A DNA stretch of 64,000 nt from Octopus vulgaris (Eukaryota), in the NCBI GenBank assembly GCA_951406725.2, contig OX597825.1, positions 86,738,001 through 86,802,000 on the forward strand, written 5' to 3'. Positions 13,752-26,931 of this stretch are shown one piece after another. A program made the position numbers and the translations under genes. The notes below the pieces were generated by a model that was not told the DNA's origin, ran no database searches, and saw nothing but the letters and a program-made list of their open reading frames with translations. Each line of letters opens with the position of its first letter. The stretch's first letter is position 1.

Positions 13752-14894
13752 CTTTCTTTCTCTCCTAAATTCCTTTCTTTCCTTCTCCTCCATAGAATGT
13801 CCACTTCAGTCCCATTCATATCGCAGCGTGGTTAATCCAACATAATACAAATCCAGATATTTAAAATGTTATCAAGTAGACCAAGCCATTTCGCTGCCGT
13901 CTCTTTTCTTATTGGTGGAGGGGGACACCCCTCCCAAACCCACATATCTACCCCAACCCCCACCAACCCACATATTTCCTAAAATTTCATAATTTGTGTA
14001 GTTTACGTTATTGTTACTTTTTATCTATTTTTGTTTATTTTCTTGAGATTTTGCAACCGGCTGTTTTGTTTGTTTATTTCTTTTTCTTCTTCTTCACATT
14101 TCATAATATCATATTTTGTTTCAACTTATATTTTCATTGTTAACAATATGTTTTGATTAAGGATATGTCGCTCCGTTGCAGCTCCAACACAAAACGCCTC
14201 AGGCACTCGAAACACACAATGGTTCTTGAATCAATTTAACGAATTTAGAAGGACTACGACATGATAGAGACGGAAGCATTAACCATTCTCCAGTGACGTC
14301 AACGCACAATACGAGTACAAGTTTAGTGCGTAGAAAAAGATAGTGTTACGGGTAGAGTCGACTCTACCCCTCCTCTGACGACATTGTGCCAATGTAGGGA
14401 AGGACGGTGGAAGAGAAGTACAAACGATATTTAAATATGTCCATTTATTTTCTATGTTCGATTCCAGACGAGGCAGGCTTAGCCTCTCGCTCTGATTTCC
14501 AAATAAATAGAACAGGAAAACAGAAAACTACATCAATGGCTTCCCTCTTCTTTGCATCACTACACCAAGGCTGTACAATATTTCGGTGCCTTTAAGGAAT
14601 CAATCCTCACAACTGCTCCTTCGTTACCAAACTTTAAGGAATTTCAATCAAATTTTCTGTGGTAAAATTGCGTCCTCTGTAAAAGAAAAAAAAGTCTGAT
14701 AGTTAAGGCTATGGAAATTGAAATTTGGCCCCAGAGGCTTTTGTATAGATGGTTGTTGATGTTTACTGGGAAAAATAAGGACTCAGATTTAAAAGGAGAG
14801 GACGAGATTGTAGGATGTTGATGCCTTTCTAAATAATTCCATGAAATAATTTTCCATTTAGAGAAAGACACAACGGAACGGATATTAATCAGTG

Positions 14895-15188
14895 AAGGCG
14901 CGTGGCTTAGTGGTTCGGGTATTCGGATCTGGATCGTAAGGTCGTGGGTTCAATTCCAGGCGATGCTTGAGCAACATATTTTATTTCCCGTTCTTCCAAT
15001 CCACTCAGCTGGCAAAAATGAGTTGTGCCTGCAATCCATTCTGTATCACACTGAATCTCCCTGAGAACTACGTCAAAGGTACGTGTGTCTGTGGAGTTCT
15101 CAGCCACTTGCATGTTAATTACACGAGCAGGCTGTTCCGTTGATCGGATCAGCTAGAAGACTCGTCGTCGAAACCGACGGAGAACCAG
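14895..15188 (+). mobile_element. tRNA-derived SINE family B
   Basis: A-box GGCGCGTGGCTTAGTGG, B-box GGTTCAATTCC, body shared with 2145-2605. Confidence 0.85.
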
Positions 15189-16699
15189 TTAATGTTAATG
15201 AAATCCAATTTACTATTCATTTATATTTATTGAACATTTCTGATGAAAAGTAATGACAGCCAGTCATTGGTAACGTTTTAATATTTCGACAAACTTTATT
15301 GATTGACAATTAATTGAAAACCGAATTATGATTATTTGAACTCTCCAAACAGTTAATTCAATTATTTAATACGACGAGTTTGCTTAGTTGAAATGGAAAA
15401 CAAAAATCAAATCATAAGCAAATGAGATTTATTTATTTTTCTTACGTGATATCAAAATATAAATCCAATCTCTTAGTTAAAGAGAAATGAATTTGGTTTT
15501 AGCAAAGCCTTTCGCTCCGAAACAGAGACGTTTGGTTTTATTGAAAGGACTCTGTCATGTCAAATAGAAACATCATAACTGTTGTTTAACTCTGATCCAG
15601 CGGACGCATGATCAAAGGTATTCCAAAAGTGACCATCCCGCCTTTATAAAGAAACAAAGATCGAAGGCTATATACTCTAATGTGGGATTCGAGGCAGATT
15701 TAGCTACTCTTTATTGTAGCGATAGAGAATACCGATGGCTGGGTTTTCTCAACGTTTTGAATTCGGTCAGTGGTATTGTATTACGTTCCGAGCCAAGGTA
15801 TCTCCCATCAGTTGTAAACAGGTGCCATATTAAAGGGGAAACTCACTGTTCTAAGCTAATAACTATAATACTGACAGGGGATGCGATACCTTGTGTTGGT
15901 GAATCCATCTTTAGTGGTTATAAATCAAGAGAACGACAATGTCATGTGATATGTATCGTGCCACCTCATCTCAAGCTGTTTGTCCGCCTCGAGGCGGCAT
16001 TGGTAGGTTGTTTTTGTTGTTATTTAACCAGTGGTCAGTCTTAATCAAGCAGACTTATAATAAAAAAGTATGTCCTACCGTGACCATCATGTCTCTTTCG
16101 CTGTTAATATTAATCTAACAATGAAAAACCAAGCCATAAAAAAGCCGCCATTTCATGGAATAACCACCAAATCAATATTTCGAACCGGATAAACATTTTT
16201 CAAGAGAAATAATTTAACTCTTACATTATAATTTCCGCTGGCTGAATGTTAGAGGCCTGTGCTAGAATTCAACGTTAGAGGGCAGTCCCGAAAATCTTTC
16301 AGTTCCTCTCACGACAGTCCCTTCTTTTCTAATTACCCCTCCATACTCAACCCTATCTCTATACCCTTCAGGACAAACTGACCCCTTTTACTGCTTCTCT
16401 CATTAAATAATGACTCCCAGCTTCTGCAGAATTTACACTTTCCATTTATTGTTTACACCACTAATCTCTCATTTACTTGGAAGTGCTTTGTAAAGTTGGT
16501 TTTGCTGCAGTTCACTTGAGTTCTACACTCGCCAAAAATGCAGTAAAACAATTAAAATTGTCAAAAATTTTGCAAGTTAACTGGAGTCTAGAAACAGCGA
16601 AGCTATCTTTAGTATTTCGGAAATGGCTGCAGAATTCTAAAATGAATTTTGTCGGTGAAGAGACATCTTTGAGCCACAGAATAAATGTCAGTCATCGTA

Positions 16700-18150
16700 A
16701 ATGCCATTCAGCCTATTTTCTGGTGCCGATGCCGGTAAATTGATGGTTAGCGACAAAAATGACCGAGAAGTTTGTCCGGCATAACCGGCTGCTTTGCGAT
16801 TCAGTATTTTTTAATTCTTTTTTTTTTTTATAAATTTCATGGAGAGGAAAGCATTTAGTCCATTTGCATGGACTAAATCTATCGGTGCCACCGTCAGGGA
16901 TTAGGCTATGAGTCAACTCATTTATTGATCTTCCATCTATATTTCTGTGATTTACTGGATTACTAAGGTCAATTTCTGATAATTTATTCGATCGCAAAAC
17001 ATCTTTCACAAAAACCTGTGCAAGAATTGTCTGATACTTTCATGAAAATATTGAACACAGTGTTTGCAGTCTAAACAATTCCAGCAGAAACTAAACATTA
17101 ATTTTATTTATTTTCTTCGGTAAATATTCAAGAAATCGTAACACGTGTTTTGTTCTTTTGTGGAGATTTATTTTGTATATTTTTGTCGCTCCACCACTCT
17201 TATCTGTCTTTAAGATTCTGTTTGAAAGTCAAAATGTCACATTATTGTAATTTCACTTCAATTAGGTTTTCATGTGATAACCAATTAATTTGAGTGTTTT
17301 GGAAGTGAATTCTGTCTGGTGTTTTGACGTCTGTTCTTTACCAAAGTAAGATGACAAATCTTTCAGAAATAATTCTAGATACAAAAGTAAAGCACGGTGA
17401 AGATAGAATTCATAACTAAAACAGACGGGATGGTCACCTTTATTGATTTTTGAAAACTGAGCTTTCTACTCATCAGTGTTGACCATTTATTACTTCCAAA
17501 TAAAATAATGTTAAAGGAATGGTCTGCTTAATAAATATAGATTTTTACAACTCCATCAAGCGCCATCAATGAACCATTTTTACTCAATCACAATAACAAG
17601 TAGAAGATCTTTGACATCAAACGATTCCCAACTTTAGCTAGAACTTATGTTGTTATCTTGGAACAAACATTGTTAACATTTTCGTTTCCTGCAGATGTCT
17701 GCTATCTCAATACTTTTGTTGATGCACATTTCCTCCTTGTACGATATACGACAATTTGATTGTTTATAAATCACAATATTCAGCTATTTTGCTGTCATGA
17801 AACACAAATATCAAGTCATCACCGTTTTTCGAAGACAGGTGAACCTCAGAGAAATATCCTGCAATCAGCGATTCCACTTTCACAGCTTCGTCTTTTACCT
17901 AATGTCTTTTTGTTTTTCCCTAAGAAAAATTTGTTGCAGTAAAAGATTGCTTTGTGCTTCGTAGTATTTTCCTGACTTTAAACCATTTATTCGTGGCATT
18001 TTCTCGTTGAATCTCATAACATGCAGCAGCAACAGCAGCAGCCGTAGACATCTTGTCAGCCTCTACCTGCTCCTCTTGAAAGGTTTCAGCGTACCACTTC
18101 CTTTTCTTAGGTGGAACCTAATCTGTCATTACCAAAGAGAAAGGCTGACA
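16700..18150 (-). pseudogene. Probable decayed piggyBac-type transposase
   Basis: Frameshifted minus-strand motifs in the expected order: MCINKS (IDES-like), FVPR*QHKF*LKL, KIYIY, TLVKNR (GTLRKNR-like), DGGTDRF (MGGVD-like), CKWTKCF. TIRs not identified. Confidence 0.45.
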
Positions 18151-18817
18151 AATCAGAGATGTTTCAAATAAGAGAAACACAAACCAGCGCCCGTTAATCA
18201 CAACATCAACGTCATAAACTTGATTAATGTGTTGCTTGTGTATTCTGTGCAGTGTGCATCTATTCAACGGCTTTCAAATACTTACAGACAATTATAGGAA
18301 TCTTTACGAAAGTTATTCTATTATTAATGGATGGTGAGTGTATTATTTGAGTCCTAATTGTTTTGTGAATTGACGCGTGTATATTTAAATGAGAACAATA
18401 AATTTCCAATAATTTTAATTTATATTCAAATACGAAACTATTCTCATTCGTCGCCTTTATAATTGGACTTTGTCGTTCGCACGAGGCTGCTTTCTACGAA
18501 CAGTAATCGTGCCTACATCTGAGAATATCTTTTTGCTAGTTGCTATAATCTGTCATAATCTGTATGGGGATTGACTGTCTTATATAAAATGTTTCAAAAG
18601 TAATTTTTCCTCTTTAATCCAGGTAAAAATCGTTCAATCGTCGTCGTCATAATCATCATCACCATGATCATCATAATCATCATCATTGTTATAAAGTAAG
18701 ACGAATAATTTTGTACTCAGAATATAACTTTATAAACGAACGGACTAAATAGTGAAACAATTGAAAACGGAAGTGCCAAGCGGCGAAGTGTCATTTCAAT
18801 TTGCTCACGAAGCAAAA

Positions 18818-19034
18818 CCCTTTCTACTATAGGCACAAGGCCTGACATTTTTTGGGGAGGGGGCCAGTCGATTAGATCGACCCCAGTGCGTAACTGGTTA
18901 CTTATTTAATCGACCCCGAAAGCATGAAAGGCAAAGTTGACCTCGGCGGAATTTGAACTCACAACCTAACGGCAGACGAGATACCGCTAAGCATTTCGCC
19001 CGACGTGCTAAAGTTTCAGCCAGCTCGCCGCCTT
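18818..19034 (-). mobile_element. SINE family A inserted in the gypsy LTR
   Basis: Full reverse-complement copy; TSD CACGAAGCAAAA (18806-18817) and CATGATGCAAAA (19036-19047). Confidence 0.9.
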
Positions 19035-19479
19035 CCATGATGCAAAATGAACCGTGTGTCTCAGAGGAAGTGGGCTGAAGCGAAAAGAAGAGTCAATCCC
19101 CGACAATGAGTCGATATATATCTAGCGTCACCTGGTAGAGTCCAGAGGAATCGACGTAAGCTTAAAGAATCAACATCACCACGATCGAATCGTGTCCACG
19201 GATTGGATGACAATAAACAATGTTTTGTGTCGAGACCATTGCGCTTGTCTCATTTTCCCTTTCATTAATTGAGGAATAGTTGCTATATGAAGAAGTCTTA
19301 TGTTGAGCGTTGACCTTTTGTGTGTCAGGTTTTCTATTTCGATTGGACCTTCGTAAATTTGACGAAGTAGTTTCTAATCGCGTTTGAATATCTTGGTGTT
19401 CCTTATTTCCTTGATTTTGTTTCATAAACTGTGGCATCGACGACTCTCTTCTCCATCTTAACTGGTTAACGTGCTGCAC

Positions 19480-20365
19480 GAAGGTGAAAGGTCAAACTAA
19501 TCCCTCATATATGATGTTACTTCTCTGCTTTGTCACATGACCATCTTGTCACTTGGGATGACCTGGTCAAGCATCAATTACATATACTAGACCTCCTCAC
19601 TTGTACCTTGATATACTCGTTAGTTTGGGTGGATTTCTTTCCATTTCTGGGTTTCCTCATATCAAAAACACTGCGAAGTTTTCTCTGAAACATTATTTCT
19701 GCAGGTGATTTTCTCCCAGGCGCAACAGCATTTCTAACTTACCACTCTCCACAGTTTTGAGTAATGAATGCTTAAAGGTATCAACGAATCTCTCTGCTAA
19801 CTCTTTGAATTGAGAATGATATGGAGAAGTTCTTATATGATTGGTACCATTTTTGTTACAAAATGTAAATTATAGAGAAGTGAATTGTGGACCGTTTTCC
19901 GATACTAAAACTTCTGGTAATCCAAGTTTTGAAAAACTTGATGTAGCTTTTGTATTGTGACTGAAGTTGTTGTTTGACTCATAATGAAGACCTCCGGCCA
20001 TTTAGATAATGCATCGACCATTATAAAAAAGCAGTTGCCATTAAGAGGTTTTGAGAAATCTATGTGTACTCAAGACCATGGTGCTTTTGGAACCGACCAA
20101 TGGGTGCTTATCTGAGTAGGTAATTTTGAGCATTTTGCAAATTTCGAACATGTTTGCACCAGAGATTCAATATCTTTGTCAAGTCCCGGCCAATACATGT
20201 AGCTTATTGCTAAAGCCTTCATTCTTGAAGTTCCTGGATGACGTTCATGAAACTGGTTAAGTACCAACTTTTTGAGACTGTTTAGAATAGCAGTACGATT
20301 AGCCATCATTAAACAGTCATCAACAACTGAGAGATATTCACGCTTCAAACTGAATTTTTGCATAC
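19480..20365 (-). pseudogene. Gypsy integrase pseudogene (H2C2 zinc finger plus DDE core)
   Basis: FHERHPGTSRMKALAISYMYWPGLDKDIESLVQTC, then VHIDFSKP...VDALSKWPEV, LPEVLVSENGPQFTS, TSPYHSQ...AERFVDTFK; stops and frameshifts. Confidence 0.9.
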
Positions 20366-20699
20366 CTTTGTTGCAGAATTTTTTTTCTGGCCAAACATAC
20401 CTATGATGTTTAATAACTTCTTGTAGAAGAACTTCATTGAATGTTTCTTGTTTTTAGCAGTTCTAAAGTAACAGGTAAAATTTGATTGAATCAATTAGCA
20501 CCTGATGGATGTCAGGTTCAATATTTGTGTTAGCAATTACGACGTCTTCTGCTACTTTACTTCTGTTCTGTATGTTCCATAACCCATGTTTCTCAATCCA
20601 GTCTGTTCTGAGGATGTCCCAGTAAGGATTCTTAGCAATGTAGCAGTATCCCGGATGAATGGAAGTCGTGTCTCTGAGGGAATAAAAAACATGATGCTT

Positions 20700-20868
20700 T
20701 CCCTTTGTTAACCAATGACTGGTTGGAAGCATTCTTGGCTTTTTGTTCAGGTGATAAAGTGGCTGGTTTACCGATTTTGTGCCAAGCCTCTTCAGAAATG
20801 ATGCCAATATCAGATGCAGTATCAAGTAGTAAGCACATATCACGTCCATCTATCTTCACTATAGTATA
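20700..20868 (-). pseudogene. Retroviral-type aspartic protease fragment
   Basis: IVKIDGRDMCLLLDTASDIGIISEEAWHKIGKP (LDT(G/A) active site). Confidence 0.85.
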
Positions 20869-21899
20869 CATCATCATCATCATCATCTTTAATAATATAA
20901 AAAAAGCCTTACATTTTGAAAAGGAATAATGAAAATAAAACCCCTGAAATGCAGCATTGCATTTAAAAACCTAGACCTGGCTGAAAGAATGCAGCCAGGG
21001 CCTTGTCACCAGGGCCTTGTCACCAGGCCCCACCGTCTAAAATATTTTCTGGGACACCAGATACTGGGTGACGTGTATTGAATGAGTTTTGGATATGGAG
21101 TTACCTATATCTCACGTGCCTTGCTCTTATTTTAGGATTGTGGCATCTGATGAGAGAGAATTAGCTACTGTTTCTAGCAGCTCGATCGACTACAAAGAGG
21201 ATTCATTGAAGTGCTTTATTCATTTGAAAAACAGTTGGAAAGGGTTCTACAAGGGTAACGTGACCGATCACCCCCACCCCACCCCATTAAAGTAGGAGGT
21301 GTTTTTTCTCCCCCCGCTGCCTCCATTATTCACCAAGACATGAATATTTATTGTTTCTTCCGTCAAATGATAATGTAACAGCAGCGAATGTAATTATCCA
21401 ACTTCCGGTGTTTTATTTGTTTGCAAACATTTATTGAAAGCTTCCGTAAAACGCTCCACTCACCTCACAGTTATACACACCCCGCTACACACATACATAA
21501 AGCATTCACATTCGCTGATGCACACACATGAAATACACATATTCACTCTTTCATAGTCACATAGTCACACGCATTCCCACACTTATAAACATACACACAA
21601 AAGAATCTCATTCATTTGAATTAGAAACGTGTTTTGGCTAACAACGTACAAACCTGTTTGTTTCCCTTCATTCATCAATTCGATCGATCAATCATACATT
21701 CATTAACCCATTCATTAAATCATTCATTAATTCTCTTTCATTAATTCTCCCCCTGTCTCTGTCTCCCCCTCCTCGCCAACACGTACGTGCACACACAAAT
21801 ATTACGAACAACTGTAACACTTGGTCCGTGCCCGACATAATGATATGCTCTCTTCTCTTACCTACACCATTGCCACAAACTGAATAGCAGATTCTGGGC

Positions 21900-21990
21900 C
21901 CCAGGAAACTTTGTGAGACACTTGCCCGAGGTAGCATGGAACCATGTGGTTAGTAAGCAAGCTACTTACCACACAGCCACGCTTGCACCT
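21900..21990 (-). mobile_element. SINE family C 5' fragment
   Basis: GACACTTGCCCGAGG...GGAACCATGTGGTTAGTAAGCAAGC...CACACAGCCACG matches the heads at about 26130-26220 and 63300-63390. Confidence 0.7.
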
Positions 21991-22179
21991 ATATAAGTTA
22001 TAATTAAAGTTTAGATTTAAATTCAAAATTTAGAAAATTCAAACGTACACAAAATTCAAGGTAGACACTATTTCAAAATAGTTAAAGATAAAGAAGCCCT
22101 GTTTCTTCGTTCACAGTTCAACACGCTTCTAATTTGCCGTTGGGCCATTAGCAGCAAGTTATGGAGAGAGAGAGGGAGG

Positions 22180-22210
<31 letters not shown>

Positions 22211-22671
22211 GAAGAAGAGCAGTTGAAACACTTTATCTGAATTACGAACTGATGTGGATGAATTAAGGTAAATATATTTTAAAGTAATGCATATTTTTTT
22301 TCACAAAAATATGGAATATACAACTGAAGAAAGTTGTATGTACTAAATTAAAATTAGATTAATCTTTTAAAATCGATTTATTTAGTTCGTACATTAAACA
22401 TGAAACTGGTCCTGTATTAACCACGCTAACCTTAAAACAGACTTAATTCATTTCGCCCGCCTTACGCCATTTCGTATCAAAGAGAAATGTCGATGTTTTA
22501 TTTAAAAATTGATCATTCAACACGCATGGAGTTTTTTTAACTGCTCTTCTTTCTCTCTCTATGTCTCTCTCTCTCTATATATACATAACTTGCCGTTATC
22601 AGCCCAACGGTAAGTTAGAGGGGTGTTGAACTGTGTACGAAGAGACTTGGCTTCTTTCTTGAACTATTTTG

Positions 22672-22851
<180 letters not shown>

Positions 22852-22903
22852 TGGAAAAAAAGTCAAGATGAAAAATGCTAAAATAATTTTATAAAAACCA
22901 TTT

Positions 22904-22940
22904 CAGTACCGGTTTCAGCCATTGAGACTTATTTCAACTG
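22904..22940 (-). ncRNA. Variant minimal hammerhead-like motif
   Basis: Minus strand: CAG TTGAAATA AGTC-tcaat-GGCT GAAA CCGG TA CTG; stems I and II and palindromic stem III present, 5' core non-canonical. Confidence 0.45.
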
Positions 22941-23118
22941 TAAGTATGGAAAACATTTAAATTTGGAGAAATTAAAAGAAAAGTTTTTTTTTAAAAGAAT
23001 ATTTGTATAGTATTCAAATACAAGTGGCATTTTTTTTTGTTTCTGCCTGTCTCTGTCTCTCTTGTTTACTCTCGTGGGTTCGATGTCGTTGTGAATTCTT
23101 GGGAGGGAGGAAGAAGAA

Positions 23119-23163
<45 letters not shown>

Positions 23164-23217
23164 TGCATGTCTGTATGTCTGTCTATCTATCTATTTATCT
23201 ATCTATCTCTCTATCTC

Positions 23218-23298
<81 letters not shown>

Positions 23299-24024
23299 GC
23301 ATACACAATACGTACCTACATGTATAAACACAAAACACAAGTATATGCATATATACATGTATACATATACACACATACACATACATATATTGGTAGAAAT
23401 GTGGAATTTTGTATTTTGAATTCGGTTTTTATGTTTTAAATATTGCAAATGTCGATTCTGAAAAAAAAAAATCCAAAAGGTAAAAGGTGGCGATTTAAGG
23501 TCCAGAGTTAGAATTAAGGCTTGTTATGGTTCAGGGTTCAAGATTAAACAGTGAAATGAATATTGCAAAAATTTGATTTTGTGATCAATGTCTATGTATA
23601 ACCGTAATTGCCAATGTTTTTGGTGTTAAACACAAATGTTCTTAATCCTCCTTCAAAAAAGTTATGGGAGAGATTTCTTGTTGTATTTCTTCGTTTACGT
23701 GTTTCCAACTTCATTTTTATTTCAGATTATTTTAAACAGAATCTGCAACGTTTTGAAAATTTCGTTGAATCTCTTTATAAACTTAATCAGGCATCGCTGC
23801 AATTAAGAAAGGAATTTTGCGAGTTGCCATAAAATTCTCGTCTTTATTTTTCTTCTGCCATTTCGTGTTTTCTTTGTTTCACATCCAAAATCCAGTGAAT
23901 TCATGTGGCTGTTTTTATTTGAGGTAGGAATTAACCCAGGCAAGGCCGTCTGCTGCATACAATACGTACATGTACATACATGTACACACACACACACACA
24001 CACACAGACACACAGAGACACACA

Positions 24025-24070
<46 letters not shown>

Positions 24071-24113
24071 CATACATAACACCACACAAACACACATATA
24101 TATATATACATAC

Positions 24114-24157
<44 letters not shown>

Positions 24158-25336
24158 CACATATATATATACATATATAACACACATACAAACACACACA
24201 CACTCGCACACACACACTCACACACACACTCTTGTTCTTTGCTGTTTCTGAAGTGTTAGATATTAAATCTTTCCCTTCCGCCGTTGTTTCTGACTCTGTT
24301 AGTTGATCATTAAATATTTCGGCCACCGATTCCTGTTTTTCTTTAGTATTTTAACCTGGAAATTCAGGAATTTTTCTCTTCCAGCTTCCTACGAGTTCTT
24401 CATTATTTTTTGCAACGTCTGGGCAACTTCGTGCATTGAATTGGTTTCTCACCATTATTCTTCCGATGCTGAACTTGTTCAAACATTATCATCTGTGACG
24501 ATGCATTTGCTGTCCATATTCCTTCTCACCATTATTCCACTTCTCTTACTGTTCACGTTGCATCTATTTCTGTTCTACTTTTACCGAATTCTTAATAAAA
24601 TCGTTTTAGGTTAAACTCGAACTGTTTGTTTACTTCAAAGAATCATTATCACTTTTTTACATCAACCAATTCTTTGTGATTCAGTGAGGATCTTCACTTT
24701 CATGAAATTTTTTGATTGTGAAGACTTCTTTCTTGGTGTTTTGTTTTTTTATATTTTTATAACATCTCTCCTTTGTTCGTGTCCTATTATTGATTACATT
24801 AAGAAATAAAAGATATTTTCTTTGTTTGTTTCTCACCTTTTTCTTTTTCTCTTTCGTTTCCACCTTGTTTGCTTTTTGATATTCCTGTATGACTAGCTTC
24901 AAGGAAATACCATTTTCTTTTGGAACTACTGCGGTGGCTACCGCACATTTGGTTTATTTCGGTGATTCTGTTGCTCCATCGCTTTTCACCTTGACTATGA
25001 CGACCAAATTTACCTTCTCTTCTTCTTGCTATTTTAAAGTTAACTTTTATCTTAGGGATTGAGCTTTTTGGAACATAGAAATAGTTTTTATCGATTAGAA
25101 TTCTTTAACTATTTCTATTTACTGATTATATTCATCCTCCGAATTTATATCTTTAGACATTTCTATTCTTAAATCTCTCATCCTCTTTTATTCATATTTT
25201 CGTCCGTGTTACTCGGCGTTAGTTTTTACTCGTTGCTATTTTATAAGGCATCAACCTTATACTTAATTATCTTCCTTTGTTTAGCCTCTCCTACGTCTAT
25301 CTTCGTCGTTTACTTTCTCAATATTTTAAACTTGTG

Positions 25337-25550
25337 AGGTGGCGGGCTGGCAGAAACGTTAGAACGTTGGGCGAATCGCTTAGTGGTATTTCGTCTGTTT
25401 TTACGTTCTGAGTTCAAATTCCGCCGAGGCCAGCTTTGCCTTTCATCCTTTCGGAGTCGATACAATAAGTACCAGTTGAGTACTGGGGTTGATCTAATCG
25501 ACTTACCTGCTTCCGCCGAAATTGCTGGCCTTGTGCCAAAATTTGAAACC
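25337..25550 (+). mobile_element. SINE family A
   Basis: Full head, B-box, core and GCTGGCCTTGTGCCAAAATTTGAAACC tail. Confidence 0.9.
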
Positions 25551-25794
25551 GATATTTTTTGACTTGAATGTTTTTGTTACTTGTATTATTTTTTACGCTG
25601 TTTTATGGTTTTGTATTGTTTATGTTAAGTGTTCTATGTCTGATGTCTTTTTGGCTTTTCAGAATGTTTCTTGCTAAATGAGTTCGTTGAGCAATTACCA
25701 GCTACGTTTAAGTGTGGGTTATTTTCTCTCCACAGATTATATCTTGTGGTGAATACTCTATTTCGTGTGTGTGGGGGGATGCTTCTGTAATATA

Positions 25795-26018
25795 TCTTTT
25801 ATCTTTTACTTGTTTCAGTCATTAGATTGCGGCCAGGCTGGGGCATCACCATGACGAAGTTTAATGGAACGAATCGACCCCAGTGATTATTTTTTTCAAG
25901 CCTGGTATTTATTCTATCGGTCGTTTTTGCTGAACCGCTAGGTTACAGCGATGTAAACACACCAACACCGGTTGTCAAGCGGTTGTGGAGGACACACACA
26001 CACACACTCTATCTCTCT

Positions 26019-26050
<32 letters not shown>

Positions 26051-26222
26051 TGTATATATTTGACGGGCTTCTTTCAGTTTCCGTCTACCAAATCCATTCA
26101 CAAGGCTGCGGTCGGCTCGAGGTTGTAGTAGAAGACATTTGCCCAAGGTACCACGCACTGAGACTGAACCTGGAACCGTGAGGTTAGAAAGCAGCCTTCT
26201 TACCTCTCAGCTACCCCTGCAT
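25795..26222 (-). mobile_element. tRNA-derived SINE family C with internal (CA)n
   Basis: Colinear with 63020-63390; on the minus strand a tRNA-like head is followed by CCTTGGGCAAATGTCTTC. Confidence 0.85.
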
Positions 26223-26845
26223 GTAACAGAAACTTATTTATTCCGTGTGTAATTAAACCGATTCTATTTTTCTTGCGTGACATGAAGAGTAAAACTCAAC
26301 CAATTTATTTAGATTGTTATCGTTTGCATTAGATGCTGGCGTATTTGGAGTGCACACCTCATTTTCGAACTTGTTATGCATAAATTAATTATAAAATACT
26401 TTGAAATCAATGAGATCTGTTAGGTAAAAAGAAGCCTTCGGCAATTATACAGCAATCCAGTCACGTGGTTAGTCCCATCCGCTGAGCCGTTTGAAACTTA
26501 TATGACTCGACCGTGTTTCAGTGTTCGTGCTGATGATGAATATCGTTGATTAACAAACCGATATTCGATCCCCTCGGCTTCCAGTCTCCCCGCCACAAAT
26601 CGCTGCATCATTTCACCTGTGTAGCATAGTTCATTTATGGTAAACTTAGTTTAGTTTTTGAAGCAGAAATGAAAGAAATCTCCTAATAAAAATATTAGAA
26701 TATCCTAAAGATATTTAGATGAGAACTGCAACTTTTTAATGTTCATTTCTTGATAAAGTTGCATGACATTTATGAATTTCTAAGCTTGAATATTTTTATT
26801 GAATAGATTTTTATCCTGATATATCTATGAATATGGATGAGGTTT

Positions 26846-26861
26846 ATTATTATTATTATTA

Positions 26862-26928
<67 letters not shown>
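26846..26928. repeat. (ATT)n microsatellite
   Basis: Direct run. Confidence 0.95.

Positions 26929-26931
<3 letters not shown>

Larger units (their letters stand above)
18687..20868 (-). mobile_element. Deleted Ty3/gypsy LTR retrotransposon (protease, integrase, putative 3' LTR)
   Basis: Protease and integrase motifs on the minus strand; putative LTR 18687-19175 with TGTT...AACA ends; (CAT)n on both flanks. Confidence 0.8.

Noticed and set aside
14895-14970. tRNA gene
   Set aside because: A and B boxes run into a SINE body; no full cloverleaf or T-run terminator
24230-25330. Strand-skewed K/E-rich reading frames (also about 9500-10400, 59850-60450, 63400-64000)
   Set aside because: Probably very old LINE remnants, but no diagnostic motif is clear enough to call
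26525-26575. CTGATGA followed by an 8-bp stem (GAATATCG/CGATATTC)
   Set aside because: Followed by GATCC rather than GAAAC, with no stems I or III; at most a decayed relic
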